Virus record (IMG/VR): IMGVR_UViG_3300026549_000062
Span: 1 to 64,000 of that record
Origin: a virus
Taxonomy: Duplodnaviria; Caudoviricetes
Strand: one strand, 5' to 3'
DNA length: 64,000 bases
The translations under genes and the position numbers were made by a program. The stretch's first letter is position 1. Each line of letters starts with the position of its first letter. Shown here piece by piece: positions 48,151-57,354 of the stretch. The notes under the pieces are model-generated. The model ran no database searches, was not told where the DNA came from, and was given only the letters and a program-made list of their open reading frames with translations.

Positions 48151-49928
48151 ATTAGCATCACAAACCTACAAACCTCTTCTGATACAATATCTGGAATGAT
48201 ATTGATCTGGATACCGTTATTCTCTGGATTATAGTAGTCTATAGTCTGGAACTCTGAAGATAGTATTTGAGCAATAAGGGACAGAAGTACATCTTTCTCA
48301 ATCTTTTCATTATTATACTTCTTATGAATAAGAGGATAATACTTAGAAGATTCTATTTTTTGCAGTTCTTTCTTATTAATATTCTTTCTAGTTACAACAC
48401 GATTTACACGTCCACCAATAATATATGGTAATTGATACATACCATAAGACTGTAATAATCTTCTAGCAGCAATGATAAGAATAATATATTGACGAATATT
48501 GATAATACGAGCAGACTGTGGATCATCAAATTCTTTAGCAAAGAGATAAGTAACCAAAGTCTTTTGAAGAGAATTTACTGTAAATTGACCATTCTTACAA
48601 AGCTGAGTATAATAGAACTTAATCTCATTTTCATCAAATGGTCCATAAGAAAGTTCTATACGTTGCATTGTAGTATTGCAATTTACATTAGTCTGAATCA
48701 TGATTGCTTCGTTAATCTTAGCAGCATGAGCTTCAAACTTATCACATTCACTATTGTTATCTTCATCTCTATTTGAAGAGGAAAGAACTACAAATCCAAA
48801 TTCGTATGGCACTTCTGTTACTTTATACTTAAGGTCTCTATTAATAGCATTATAATTGAAGTGAATGATATTCTTATTATAGCTATACTTTGGGATAATC
48901 TGCATGATAATGTTTTCTTCTGTTTCTATAGAATGTGTTGTAGCATTCTTAGAACGGATAGGTTGCATTTCCCAAAGAGTAGAGTTATTTGAGATATTCT
49001 TAGTAACGTTAGATGAAGTTGTCTCATAAATCTTAGAGCCAATATCTACGTTATAAATCTCATTAGAAATTTGGAATAGAAGATCAAATGCTTTTAAGAG
49101 AATACCTCTAATATCTTTCTGATCAATATTACGTTTAGTAATAAAGTGAGTAATAAGAGGAATCATCATATTCTGCATAACAGAAATCTTAAGCATAATC
49201 TTAGCATGGAAATTAGAATACTCAAGTACAGGAGACTTATTATTCTTATAATCCAATACAAGATTATACTGTTCATTATTCATCTTATCTAGGCAATAGT
49301 TAAGATATTGAGAGGTATAAGTACAATTAGGATTGATAAAGTCTTTCCATAAATCATGAAGAAACATATCAAGATTGTAACGTGGTTCGCAATCAATCAT
49401 ATATTTCTCTTTAGCATATAAACCTAGGAGTTGCAATTCTTTATCATAATAGGTTTCAAAGTAATTCATGTAGTTTGTGCAATGATCTCTAAAACCTACA
49501 TTAACTTTACCGTCTTTAATCTTTGTATCACTATTATAGCATCTTTTCGCGGTAACATAGAAAAAGTCGATCATATTTATAGCTTCAGTATTATCGTCAC
49601 TAATACCAAAGAACTTATGAATCGGCGCAATGATAGCCCCACGAATGTGAGTAAAAATTCTTTCTTCTGGTTTAGTAGGAACCCATTCATCAATAGGAAT
49701 TTGATGTTCTATATTAGGATTTCCTTCATCTGTCTTCAAGTAACTTCTCTTATCATGTGTTGAAATCTTATTAGCGTTGGAATAAATATTCTTATTAATC
49801 TGAATAGCAGCAGGAATAAGCTTTCCTTCCGGATATAGAGATTTGTCCAACGTATAATGAGGAGCATAGAATCGTTGGTCATTATAAGTTAATTTACCAT
49901 CGTTAATAGATTTCTCGTCATATGGCAT
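48147..49928 (-). CDS. Probable sigma-like promoter-specificity subunit of the non-virion RNAP (AR9 gp226 / phiKZ gp68-like)
   Basis: MQIIPKYSYNKNIIHFNYNAINRDL resembles sigma region 2 (AVEKFD...FSTYATWWIRQAI); early promoter at 49967-50005; two genes from the chaperonin, as for AR9 gp226/gp228. Confidence 0.6.
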   Translation of the reverse strand: MPYDEKSINDGKLTYNDQRFYAPHYTLDKSLYPEGKLIPAAIQINKNIYSNANKISTHDKRSYLKTDEGNPNIEHQIPIDEWVPTKPEERIFTHIRGAIIAPIHKFFGISDDNTEAINMIDFFYVTAKRCYNSDTKIKDGKVNVGFRDHCTNYMNYFETYYDKELQLLGLYAKEKYMIDCEPRYNLDMFLHDLWKDFINPNCTYTSQYLNYCLDKMNNEQYNLVLDYKNNKSPVLEYSNFHAKIMLKISVMQNMMIPLITHFITKRNIDQKDIRGILLKAFDLLFQISNEIYNVDIGSKIYETTSSNVTKNISNNSTLWEMQPIRSKNATTHSIETEENIIMQIIPKYSYNKNIIHFNYNAINRDLKYKVTEVPYEFGFVVLSSSNRDEDNNSECDKFEAHAAKINEAIMIQTNVNCNTTMQRIELSYGPFDENEIKFYYTQLCKNGQFTVNSLQKTLVTYLFAKEFDDPQSARIINIRQYIILIIAARRLLQSYGMYQLPYIIGGRVNRVVTRKNINKKELQKIESSKYYPLIHKKYNNEKIEKDVLLSLIAQILSSEFQTIDYYNPENNGIQINIIPDIVSEEVCRFVMLI

Positions 49929-49999
49929 GTTTCATTTTCCTCCCTTTACTATTATACCCTTCCTGTATACATTACTATAGTAAGTAAACGAAAATAATT

Positions 50000-50791
50000 T
50001 TAATAATGTTTATTAACGTATTTAACAGTTTTAGAACTTCGTTTTTTGTTATCTCTTTCTACCATTTTAGTATGTTTAATACTCTTAGTTCTAGAGGTAT
50101 ATCTATTTACTTTATCTGAAATTTCTCCTTCATTCTCAGGATTTGCTATATGAACATTTCCATACTTAATATCCTTACTAAGTTTAGATAGAGATTGTGC
50201 TTGTATAACCTTATTCTCTGAATTCATTACCCATCTATTAATAAATCCCTCAAATCTAGATATATCGGCTGCATTAATCCACATGAGCTTATTATCTAGA
50301 CCTCTGCTTTTTATAAACAGATAAGCAAAATAAATAGACTTTACATAACCAACCATCTTATTTGGGTTGGTTGTTTTTGGTTTTTCTTTTAATGATTTAG
50401 GAGATAATTTAGATTTGAGTTCTGGGATTATAAGTCCTCTTTTATTAAATACGTAAGCGTAAGTAAATGTAAAGTTTGGATCGTTAGAGAAGAATCTAAC
50501 ATAATAACCGTTTAAATTACCAATTCTCTTTTTAACGTCTTCTGTAGTTATAAAGTCTAATACTACATCATAAAACAACTTAGGTGTATTCTCTGAAGGA
50601 ATCTTAAGATAGATTATATATCTTTCTTGGTCCTTCTTAAATAATACATAATTTATATTATTGGCTACTTTGAGCATAAGTTTGTTATACTTATCAGTAT
50701 AAACATTTCTTGCTACTTCTTCTTCACCAGTAATTCTTGTTCTTGCTCCACTAGGATTTTTAATATATTGATCGAGTGTAATCTTATCCAT
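50000..50791 (-). CDS. Hypothetical protein with basic C-terminus
   Basis: 263 aa ORF between the chaperonin and the sigma-like gene. Confidence 0.8.
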   Translation of the reverse strand: MDKITLDQYIKNPSGARTRITGEEEVARNVYTDKYNKLMLKVANNINYVLFKKDQERYIIYLKIPSENTPKLFYDVVLDFITTEDVKKRIGNLNGYYVRFFSNDPNFTFTYAYVFNKRGLIIPELKSKLSPKSLKEKPKTTNPNKMVGYVKSIYFAYLFIKSRGLDNKLMWINAADISRFEGFINRWVMNSENKVIQAQSLSKLSKDIKYGNVHIANPENEGEISDKVNRYTSRTKSIKHTKMVERDNKKRSSKTVKYVNKHY

Positions 50792-50891
50792 AAAATTTCC
50801 TCAACTTTAATTGTGGGTAGGAATTTTAAATCCTACCCACAATCTATATTTTCTAGTAGTTTATAAAATTCTTATTTAATAATTATGTTCT

Positions 50892-52844
50892 TCAGTCTTT
50901 ATTAATTAATTCTGATACAGGAACTGATTCTGGTTTCTGTTCAACAACTTCTGGTTCTGTAACATTCTCAACCTGCTTTGTGTTATTAATAGAAATCTTA
51001 TCATCTCCCATAGTATAAATATTGAACTGTGGAGATGGGAGAAGGAACTGATTAGTATCATAGAGAATACTCATAATTCTTGAGATAGAATCAAGAATAG
51101 CAGGTTCTGTCTTAATAGAAGTCAGAACCTTATCATCAAAGTCTTCTGAGATGATATTAAATGGCTTTCTAAGGCTTTCATCTTCATTAGCAAGGCTAAG
51201 AGCAACAATCTTAAGAGCATCTTTTTCATTATCATCAGTATATGGAAGATAAATAAGCTCTACAAGTCTTACGTAAGAACGAAGAAGAGCATCGGATACT
51301 TCAGCTTTAATCTTAGCAATAAGAAGTTCATCTTCAGATGCATTCTTATTGTCTTCAACTTTCTTAAGTTCTTCTTCATATTTAGAACTCATAGAATTAA
51401 AGACTCTAAGACCTTCATAATTGGCACCATAACCAACACCATCTTGAGCTGCTGAACGGCAATTAAGAACAGCATCTTCTACAGAATCTGATAGAGCCAT
51501 TCTATCTGTTGTACCAATACCACCAACAAATAGATCTACCATGTTACCACAGAGACGATTGATTCTTCTCTTTAGTTTACCAATAAGAACGACTTCCTGA
51601 TTGGTTTCTTCGTACTTAGCAAGTTCTGCTTTAAGCGAATCAATATACTGGTTAAAGAAAGTAGAAAGTTCTCCCTTTTCATCATACTTCTTAGAAGGAT
51701 TAATAATTTTCATAGAGGTAGAGTCGATAACAGCCTTTTCTGTAGTTCCAGCAAATGTTTTAATATTCATTGCTGTTGGGAAGAGACCTTCTTTTTCATC
51801 GCGTTTCTTCTCTTCTGGATCAATATACTTCTTAATAGTCTTACCACCAGTAAGTTCTTTGATATCAATGATATCATTTTCGTCTTTAAATCCAGAAACA
51901 ATGCAGAACTTAGCACGCTGTTCAACTGGTGTATTGGTAAAGTTAGTAACAAGAGAATCAATATAACTATTTGCATCTCTTGTAATAAATGGGCAAATAA
52001 TAAGAATATCATTAGGCCATGGGGTTTTAATCTTATTAGGATTCTGTGTCTTCTGATATTCTGCATTGATCTTTCTATATGGAGCATCCACTTCAACAAT
52101 ATAGATCATCTTGAGAATATCAATCATTTCTGGAGTATCAATTGGAGAATGGAATAGATAAACATGAGGATTATTGAGAACACAAGAATTTGTAGTTGGA
52201 TCATTGATAAAGCATGGATCAATATAACCGCAATTATAATCCATACCACCATAAACCTTAATCACAGTATCTGGTGTGTTAGATGCTGATACATCAATAA
52301 ATGTATCAAACCCATTCTTATCATAAATATCCCTAATTGTCTTAGCCATCTCTTCATTACCATTAAGAGACGTAAAAGCAATGTTATAGATATCATCTAG
52401 AGTGCATTTATGGCCTTTAGACTCTATCTCTTTACTTGCTTCCTTAATAAGTTCCTTAAAGACCTTGATAATCTTTCTCTTTGGGAATCCTTTATTCTGA
52501 AGATCTAGAAGAGAATTAAAGATATTGTAAGCAAGAATTGTAGCTGATGTGGTTCCGTCACCTACAGTCTTAATTACCTGAGTACAGATAGTAATAATCT
52601 CTTCTCTAATCATAGCTTCAATAGGCTTATCTACTTGAATATTTTTAAGAACGGTAAAACCATCCTTAGAGTAATTACAAACTACTGAAGTTTGTGATTT
52701 AGACGAAGTAGATCTACTATAAGCAGAATATCCACCCATAGGGCCATATGTATGACCAACTGTATCTGCCATTAATTTAAGAGCTCTAAGCTGAGCTTCT
52801 CTAAGCTGTTTTTCTGGTACGACGTTATCAACAAGTTTTTGCAT
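50892..52844 (-). CDS. groEL: Phage chaperonin, GroEL-like
   Basis: TVGHTYGPMG, SKDGFTVLK, VGDGTTSATILA, SVEDAVLNCRSAAQDGVGYG. Confidence 0.93.
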   Translation of the reverse strand: MQKLVDNVVPEKQLREAQLRALKLMADTVGHTYGPMGGYSAYSRSTSSKSQTSVVCNYSKDGFTVLKNIQVDKPIEAMIREEIITICTQVIKTVGDGTTSATILAYNIFNSLLDLQNKGFPKRKIIKVFKELIKEASKEIESKGHKCTLDDIYNIAFTSLNGNEEMAKTIRDIYDKNGFDTFIDVSASNTPDTVIKVYGGMDYNCGYIDPCFINDPTTNSCVLNNPHVYLFHSPIDTPEMIDILKMIYIVEVDAPYRKINAEYQKTQNPNKIKTPWPNDILIICPFITRDANSYIDSLVTNFTNTPVEQRAKFCIVSGFKDENDIIDIKELTGGKTIKKYIDPEEKKRDEKEGLFPTAMNIKTFAGTTEKAVIDSTSMKIINPSKKYDEKGELSTFFNQYIDSLKAELAKYEETNQEVVLIGKLKRRINRLCGNMVDLFVGGIGTTDRMALSDSVEDAVLNCRSAAQDGVGYGANYEGLRVFNSMSSKYEEELKKVEDNKNASEDELLIAKIKAEVSDALLRSYVRLVELIYLPYTDDNEKDALKIVALSLANEDESLRKPFNIISEDFDDKVLTSIKTEPAILDSISRIMSILYDTNQFLLPSPQFNIYTMGDDKISINNTKQVENVTEPEVVEQKPESVPVSELINKD

Positions 52845-52859
52845 ATTGTTTCCTCCTAT

Positions 52860-53522
52860 TTATCCTTCAGGTAATCTGAAATCAGCATATGGAGATATAA
52901 ACTTAAACTCTACTGAATCAGCATATTTAACAACCGTAGGATTTATAGCTTTGTTTTCCATATCAAAATCTAAATAATTCAAAGCATAATCGAATACGTA
53001 TATAGTCTTACATATTACATTCTTCATATTATTCAATTCATTTAGATCATGTATATATAAGCATCCATAATCAGATACATCTTCTTCATTTATCTTAGTA
53101 ATCCAATTAGTATTCTTAGCTACTATCTCAATATGTTTCTTCTCATACTCATTTCTACAATTTATATATATTCTATACCCAGATTTCTTATAACCAGAAT
53201 AGATCATTTTGAGAATATCGGTACGAGGAGAAAATTTAATTACATTAACCCATCTTTTATCTAATAATTCTTTATATAGATTATCAGCGGATGATTGGTA
53301 ATCTTTATTTAGTAATATACAAATAGGATTTACTTCTTTTCTAGTAATAGAAGCATATTTGAAGAAAAATATATTATCTTGAAATAAATATGGCTTAAAG
53401 AATTTAGACCTAGGATATCTATCCATAAGATAATATAGAACCCCTAAATCAGTATCAAATAGCATATTAAAGTCTACTAATATATTCCTTCTTTTTGCTT
53501 GCTCAACATAATGATCTTCCAT
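52860..53522 (-). CDS. Possible HAD-like (nucleotidase-type) protein
   Basis: N-terminal ILVDFNMLFDTD resembles a degenerate HAD motif I; LYIHD near the C-terminus. Confidence 0.35.
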   Translation of the reverse strand: MEDHYVEQAKRRNILVDFNMLFDTDLGVLYYLMDRYPRSKFFKPYLFQDNIFFFKYASITRKEVNPICILLNKDYQSSADNLYKELLDKRWVNVIKFSPRTDILKMIYSGYKKSGYRIYINCRNEYEKKHIEIVAKNTNWITKINEEDVSDYGCLYIHDLNELNNMKNVICKTIYVFDYALNYLDFDMENKAINPTVVKYADSVEFKFISPYADFRLPEG

Positions 53523-53600
53523 GTATCTCTATCTCCTAAAAATAAATCACTCCATAAGACTTTCATCTTATGGAGTGATATTCTTATAAGATAATTTAAA

Positions 53601-54368
53601 TTATTGAATTAGGTTCTTAAATTGTGATGCATCATAAGTCTGAGTTGTTGTCTGACCATTCATCTGAAAACCATTAGTTGCCTGACCTTGCTGGCCACCA
53701 GTAAAGAAACCAGACTTACGCTGATAATTAGTTGAAAGATCTACACCAACTTTAGCTGCAATTTTATCGAGATATGGATAAAGTTCATGAGCAACAGTAA
53801 ATGCAATAGTCTTCGTCATGGCTACATAATACTGCTCAAGTTGTTCGATAATCATATCAATATCAAGGTTCTTAAACATCTCAAAATCCTGTTTATAGTC
53901 TTTTGGAGATGAAGCACTGAATCCCACCACTGAGCTATAGAAGTCATTGCGGCATTCATAAGAATAAGAGAGCTCAATGTTACCAGCATCGCCGAGTTTA
54001 CGAATAGTAATAACTGGATCATTGGTATCTTTGCCAAAAGTCTTTGCGCTATCTACAGAAATAATGCATTGAGGAGTATTAACACCATAGTTTGAATACT
54101 TCTCCGGGTCTTCTTTAAACTTCTTAAGAATTGTAGCAAACATGTGTGCTTTAGACGGAGTTAAAAAGATTGTAGCTGAATTGCGATAATCATATTTAGC
54201 AGGTTCATCATTACCAGCACCACTTTCGATAACAGGAATGATAGAAACCTTAAGAGTAGTTTTCCACATACTAAATGTAAGACCAGTTTTATCAATTGTA
54301 GACACTGGGTTATACATTGCATAACCACTATAAACTGTTGGCGAATAACCTTGATCCTGATAACTCAT
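53601..54368 (-). CDS. Hypothetical protein, possible ssDNA-binding (PC4/Whirly-like)
   Basis: Beta-strand runs ending in SATIFLTPSKAHMFATIL; flexible Gly/Gln/Thr tail; both early (54460-54490) and late (54397-54408) motifs upstream. Confidence 0.4.
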   Translation of the reverse strand: MSYQDQGYSPTVYSGYAMYNPVSTIDKTGLTFSMWKTTLKVSIIPVIESGAGNDEPAKYDYRNSATIFLTPSKAHMFATILKKFKEDPEKYSNYGVNTPQCIISVDSAKTFGKDTNDPVITIRKLGDAGNIELSYSYECRNDFYSSVVGFSASSPKDYKQDFEMFKNLDIDMIIEQLEQYYVAMTKTIAFTVAHELYPYLDKIAAKVGVDLSTNYQRKSGFFTGGQQGQATNGFQMNGQTTTQTYDASQFKNLIQ

Positions 54369-54488
54369 ACATAGTCCTCCTTAAAAATAAATGAACTATA
54401 AAGATGTTGAAGACGTTGTAAAGTACTAGAGGACAAAGCCTCTAGTACTCTTTATCTTCATAATAATAGTATGTAAACAAAAAATCTT

Positions 54489-55664
54489 TTACTGCATATC
54501 AGCAGCTTTGTATGTATTAATCATCTTTCTCTGTGGAACGTAATAACCTTTACTTGTAATCTGTTTACGTCTTTTTGCAAGCTCTTGGTACATAGCATTC
54601 CACTGTTTAAATGCATCTTTATCTGTCTCATGATTTTCTGCATAATCTTTCATGAGCATCATATTATTATTTATAGAATGAAGAAGATCTGGAATTGCAT
54701 CCGGCTCATTGTGATCTAGATTCTCTTGCTTAAGAACAATACCAACTAAATCATTCTTTGAAATATCCAGACAATCAAATACGTTTGTATCTACTGGGTA
54801 TTTGGATTTACGAATAGATTCTAATAGAGGGTCTACAGACTCTAGTAGAGTATCATCATCTATACGAGATAATCTACGGGCCATATTATTCATTTCTTTT
54901 CTCTCTATTTGTGATGCAGTGAGTAGCTGGCAACGTTGTAGAGTTTTTAGAGCTCTAATACGATTACCAAGAACGTCTTTATAAATTCTCATTACCCAAG
55001 AGAGACAAATAAATTTATTATCTACTTCTCTATTGTAGTTATCCCACATCTTATCTATCTTATTGAAACCAGACTGTACACAATCTGCATAATTGGTCCA
55101 TGTAATAAAGTCTGCCATTATATCGTTCTCTCTATCATAAGAGCCTTTTTCAAATATAGTAGTAGACTTTCTAACAGCATCTCTAAAACCATAAGATAAA
55201 ATTTCTTTATAATGGATAGAATCAGATAGCTTTAAAGTCTCATGATTATCTTTAAGATACTGGTCTATATTCTTATTTACTTCTTCACATGGAGAAGAGT
55301 CATTAACCATAGAACCAATATCATGAATAAGAAGAGCAGTTATCTCTTTCTTAGTAAGGTTTACAGTAAAGCTAAAGAGTTTAGAATCTAGTTCTACATA
55401 GTATTCTTTTACTCTATAACGTTTGTCTGTAGTAATAACTTTTATAACCTCATCTGCTGGAATAACTGGCATTGTATATATACCGAAGAATAGTTTATCT
55501 ATATTATTTGTATATATAACACCTTTGCACTTAGAATCATTAAAGAATTTATTTAAAGAATCTCTTAATTCATTAAGAAACTTTTGAGAAGGATCACTCA
55601 TTATATTAGTGACACTTATTTCCACGTCTTCATAAGCATCTTTTATTTTACTTTCTGAAAGCAT
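54489..55664 (-). CDS. Putative head (inner) structural protein
   Basis: Late motif 55696-55707; LLES/LLES candidate cleavage sites. Confidence 0.55.
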   Translation of the reverse strand: MLSESKIKDAYEDVEISVTNIMSDPSQKFLNELRDSLNKFFNDSKCKGVIYTNNIDKLFFGIYTMPVIPADEVIKVITTDKRYRVKEYYVELDSKLFSFTVNLTKKEITALLIHDIGSMVNDSSPCEEVNKNIDQYLKDNHETLKLSDSIHYKEILSYGFRDAVRKSTTIFEKGSYDRENDIMADFITWTNYADCVQSGFNKIDKMWDNYNREVDNKFICLSWVMRIYKDVLGNRIRALKTLQRCQLLTASQIERKEMNNMARRLSRIDDDTLLESVDPLLESIRKSKYPVDTNVFDCLDISKNDLVGIVLKQENLDHNEPDAIPDLLHSINNNMMLMKDYAENHETDKDAFKQWNAMYQELAKRRKQITSKGYYVPQRKMINTYKAADMQ

Positions 55665-55735
55665 ATGTATATAAACCTCCTTAGCACAGACATATTAACA
55701 AGATGTCTCTGAATGCTTATTTTAGGAGGTTTGTA

Positions 55736-55891
55736 ATGAATAATAGAGCTTTGAATGATTATACAGCAAATAAAAGTAATGAAGTAAAGAAAGATTGGAA
55801 AGAACCTAAAAAAGTAGATAAGATAATTGATAGTGATTCTCCAATGGAGAATAGTAATACATCATATGTGTATGCAGGAAAAAATAAATAA
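55736..55891 (+). CDS. Small hypothetical protein
   Basis: AGGAGG RBS before ATG 55736; terminator 55899-55923. Confidence 0.55.
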   Translation: MNNRALNDYTANKSNEVKKDWKEPKKVDKIIDSDSPMENSNTSYVYAGKNK

Positions 55892-55949
55892 AAAATAATC
55901 CCAGAGCTTGATTGCTCTGGGATTATTATATTAATTGAACCTAAGTGTA

Positions 55950-56492
55950 TTACTTAGATTCACTGGAGGATGCATTTTCATCCTTCTGTGGAAGGTTTGG
56001 CTTCACACCATAGAGACTCTCAAGACGGTTCCTTGCTTCGCTAGCGAGATGATTGATCTCACTCTTATCGTGAAGTTTCAGAATCTCTTCTTTATAGCTA
56101 TCAACAATGCTCTTTGATGCAATGTTGAAAGCACTGAGAATCTCCGGTGACGGAGCAGTACTTTTGAGGATAATATGACTCTGGCAAATTGTGATACGAG
56201 CGATAGCACCATAACGGATACGGTCAAGATTTGCTTCGACACGCATCTCCTCAAGAGTATTTCTCATTTCATCTGTAATGAAAGAGCAATCTTCAAGTCC
56301 TTCATAGCGCTTGAGATCGTTCTCAATCGGATTGAATTTCTTTTTCTTTCCGTTGCTTTCAATTTCATTCTTTTTACGGAATTCTTTCTGGTTTTCATCC
56401 AGCTTCGAATCACTGCTGTCTACTACAGCCTTAAGCTTTTTGAGGTCTTCCTGCGAGACTTCTGCTTTTTCATTTTTGATTTCTTCTGACAT
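55950..56492 (-). CDS. Early hypothetical protein
   Basis: GGAGG RBS before ATG 56492; C-ending codon usage; long structured leader from the early promoter at ~56680. Confidence 0.8.
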   Translation of the reverse strand: MSEEIKNEKAEVSQEDLKKLKAVVDSSDSKLDENQKEFRKKNEIESNGKKKKFNPIENDLKRYEGLEDCSFITDEMRNTLEEMRVEANLDRIRYGAIARITICQSHIILKSTAPSPEILSAFNIASKSIVDSYKEEILKLHDKSEINHLASEARNRLESLYGVKPNLPQKDENASSSESK

Positions 56493-56746
56493 TTTGTTTT
56501 CCTCCAGTTTCAAATTGTCTATTAGCAACTCCTATATTACTAATAGAACTAGTCTCTGATATTTGTATAGAATAGATATATTTATCCCATACTTATATCT
56601 TACTCAGTAATCTCATTTCATTTTCACTATCCTCCTTAGAATGAAATGAGATATAGTATAATTGAATAGATATACTATTCACTAATATAGTATGTAAATG
56701 AAAAAAATATTAAAAATCCGCAGACTATACAAATCTGCGGATTTCA

Positions 56747-56923
56747 TCAGAGAACATTGTACTTCACGATAGTGAAGACAATGCCCTCTTTGGTAACCAC
56801 ACGGTTGTTTTTGATTTCCTCGTTTCCAACGCGGTCCTTGATGCATTCCACTGCATTTTCAAGAAACTTAAACTTGTTGCCGAGGAAATCATGGCCATTC
56901 ATTTTTACAACAAACATACACAT
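56747..56923 (-). CDS. Small early protein
   Basis: TGACGTAATATAG-type promoter 56961-57000 (minus); AAGGAG RBS; terminator 56715-56742. Confidence 0.7.
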   Translation of the reverse strand: MCMFVVKMNGHDFLGNKFKFLENAVECIKDRVGNEEIKNNRVVTKEGIVFTIVKYNVL

Positions 56924-57039
56924 ATGAATCATCTCCTTCGTTATACATGTGCTGTTTATCACTTCTATATTACGTCAATAAAAAAATACTATTTTTACAA
57001 AAATATAGGGCTAGACCATATTGGTCTAGCCCTAATAAG

Positions 57040-57234
57040 TCATAATACAGGTTCTTCAACAATATAATACTTGATATTCTGTACATCTTTCTCTTCATAG
57101 ATAGATTCTAATTTTTCTTTATAGATTGAAGCATCCATTTTTTCTTTGAAGATATAGATAAGATTATTATCTATTTCTCCGTTTAGTTTCTGATATGCCA
57201 TAAAGAGTGCATATACTACTTCTTGTTGTTCCAT
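57040..57234 (-). CDS. Small early protein, related to the 41541 family N-domain
   Basis: VYALF...IYIFKEKMDASIYKEKL...YYIVEEPVL; AGGAGG RBS; early promoter 57275-57300. Confidence 0.7.
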   Translation of the reverse strand: MEQQEVVYALFMAYQKLNGEIDNNLIYIFKEKMDASIYKEKLESIYEEKDVQNIKYYIVEEPVL

Positions 57235-57303
57235 AAGATTTACCTCCTATACATATGATATTACCATACCATATCTATAGTATGTAAATCAAACAACATT
57301 TAA

Positions 57304-57330
57304 AAGGGTAGACCAATTTGGTCTACCCTT
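57304..57330. terminator. Terminator downstream of the capsid gene
   Basis: AAGGGTAGACCA-at-TGGTCTACCCTT-like hairpin. Confidence 0.7.
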
Positions 57331-57354
57331 GAATAGTCTAGATAAAAATTTATA

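Noticed and set aside
48147-49928. Chimallin (phage nucleus shell) assignment for a ~600 aa early protein
   Set aside because: The sigma region 2-like segment and gene context fit a gp226/gp68-like factor better; no chimallin or tubulin signal is recognisable in this window
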